This document shows positions 63,819-64,000 of a stretch of 64,000 nt of DNA, in pieces. Where the stretch lies: positions 1,963 to 65,962 of the forward strand of contig CAIPAT010000167.1 of assembly GCA_903863035.1 (NCBI GenBank), written 5' to 3'. The stretch's first letter is position 1; each line of letters opens with the position of its first letter. The translations under genes and the position numbers were made by a program. The stretch is from an uncultured Lentisphaeria bacterium (lineage in GTDB: Bacteria > Verrucomicrobiota > Lentisphaeria > Victivallales > Victivallaceae). The notes beneath the pieces are model-generated. The model made no database searches. It worked only from the letters and a program-made list of their open reading frames with translations, and was not told where the DNA came from.

Positions 63819-63945
63819 TAGTTTGTCATCCCGCGGCAAAACGGCAGTTTTTTACTTTTTTTCAGAAATTTATCTTGAACCGCTTTTCCCGCACGGCTAT
63901 TTTCTTCACATATAAAAATTAATAATCCCATCAGCGGAGAATAAT

Positions 63946-64000
63946 ATGGCGGACCAGTTACATCAAATTGATCAAAGTTACGACCGGCAGATCGGCCTGT
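63946..64000 (+). CDS. 5' end of an unidentified ORF running off the right window edge
   Basis: The ATG at 63946 is preceded by GCGGAGA. It encodes MADQLHQIDQSYDRQIGL... and is too short to identify. Confidence 0.3.
   Translation, partial: MADQLHQIDQSYDRQIGL

Overview
The window is a 64-kb bacterial chromosomal segment. It is probably from a PVC-superphylum organism (Lentisphaerota/Verrucomicrobiota-like). That placement is an inference from three proteins: a DUF1559 prepilin-type protein, an Hc1-like Lys/Ala-repeat histone, and a giant kinase/FGE/C-type-lectin protein. All family calls come from motif recognition by eye; no database search was run.

Layout:
(1) 1-14.7 kb is the right-hand part of an integrative mobile element whose left end lies outside the window. 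All its core genes are on the minus strand: a tyrosine integrase next to a tRNA-Arg-like 3' remnant, an excisionase-type HTH, a RecA-fold AAA ATPase, a P4/D5-type primase-helicase, iteron-like repeats and a YagK/YfjJ Rep-like protein. Its accessory end carries a polytopic ankyrin protein, a DEDDh exonuclease, DinD and an edge-truncated DUF262 (GmrSD-like) gene.
(2) 15-34 kb is housekeeping: serS, a fused rpiB-glyA, an LMW phosphatase, trmB, queC, HIT, an ilvE-panC-hisD-hisC-Memo-SDR operon, pal, and metK-adenosine kinase-ahcY.
(3) 34.3-46.5 kb is a glycan / N-acyl-amino-acid utilisation cassette. It holds a NanA/DapA-like aldolase, a BNR sialidase, two AraC regulators, a 1038-aa GH-like protein, a DUF1559 pseudopilin, a secreted TIM-barrel-like protein, an NSAR/OSBS racemase and an M20 amidohydrolase. 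The cassette is bracketed by a duplicated copy of the ahcY 3' end plus terminator, and is followed by tRNA-His and tRNA-Gln.
(4) 47.4-60.3 kb is a co-directional minus-strand block. It contains ECF sigma, a zf-HC2 anti-sigma and a 1728-aa Ser/Thr kinase with three FGE-type domains and a C-type lectin. It also contains an exported FMN-binding protein, a membrane-embedded spermidine-synthase-like protein, and an unusual AmmeMemoRadiSam locus: radical SAM, a translationally coupled 62-aa Tat-signal ORF, and a signal-peptide-bearing Memo-AMMECR1 fusion.
(5) 60.5-64 kb holds an AraC regulator, a URO-D-family protein and a histone H1-like gene.

A roughly 270-bp MITE family with 24-nt terminal inverted repeats and TA target duplications occurs five times: two full copies, one with a degenerate end, one half copy and one mini copy. 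No CRISPR array, rRNA gene or transposase gene was seen.
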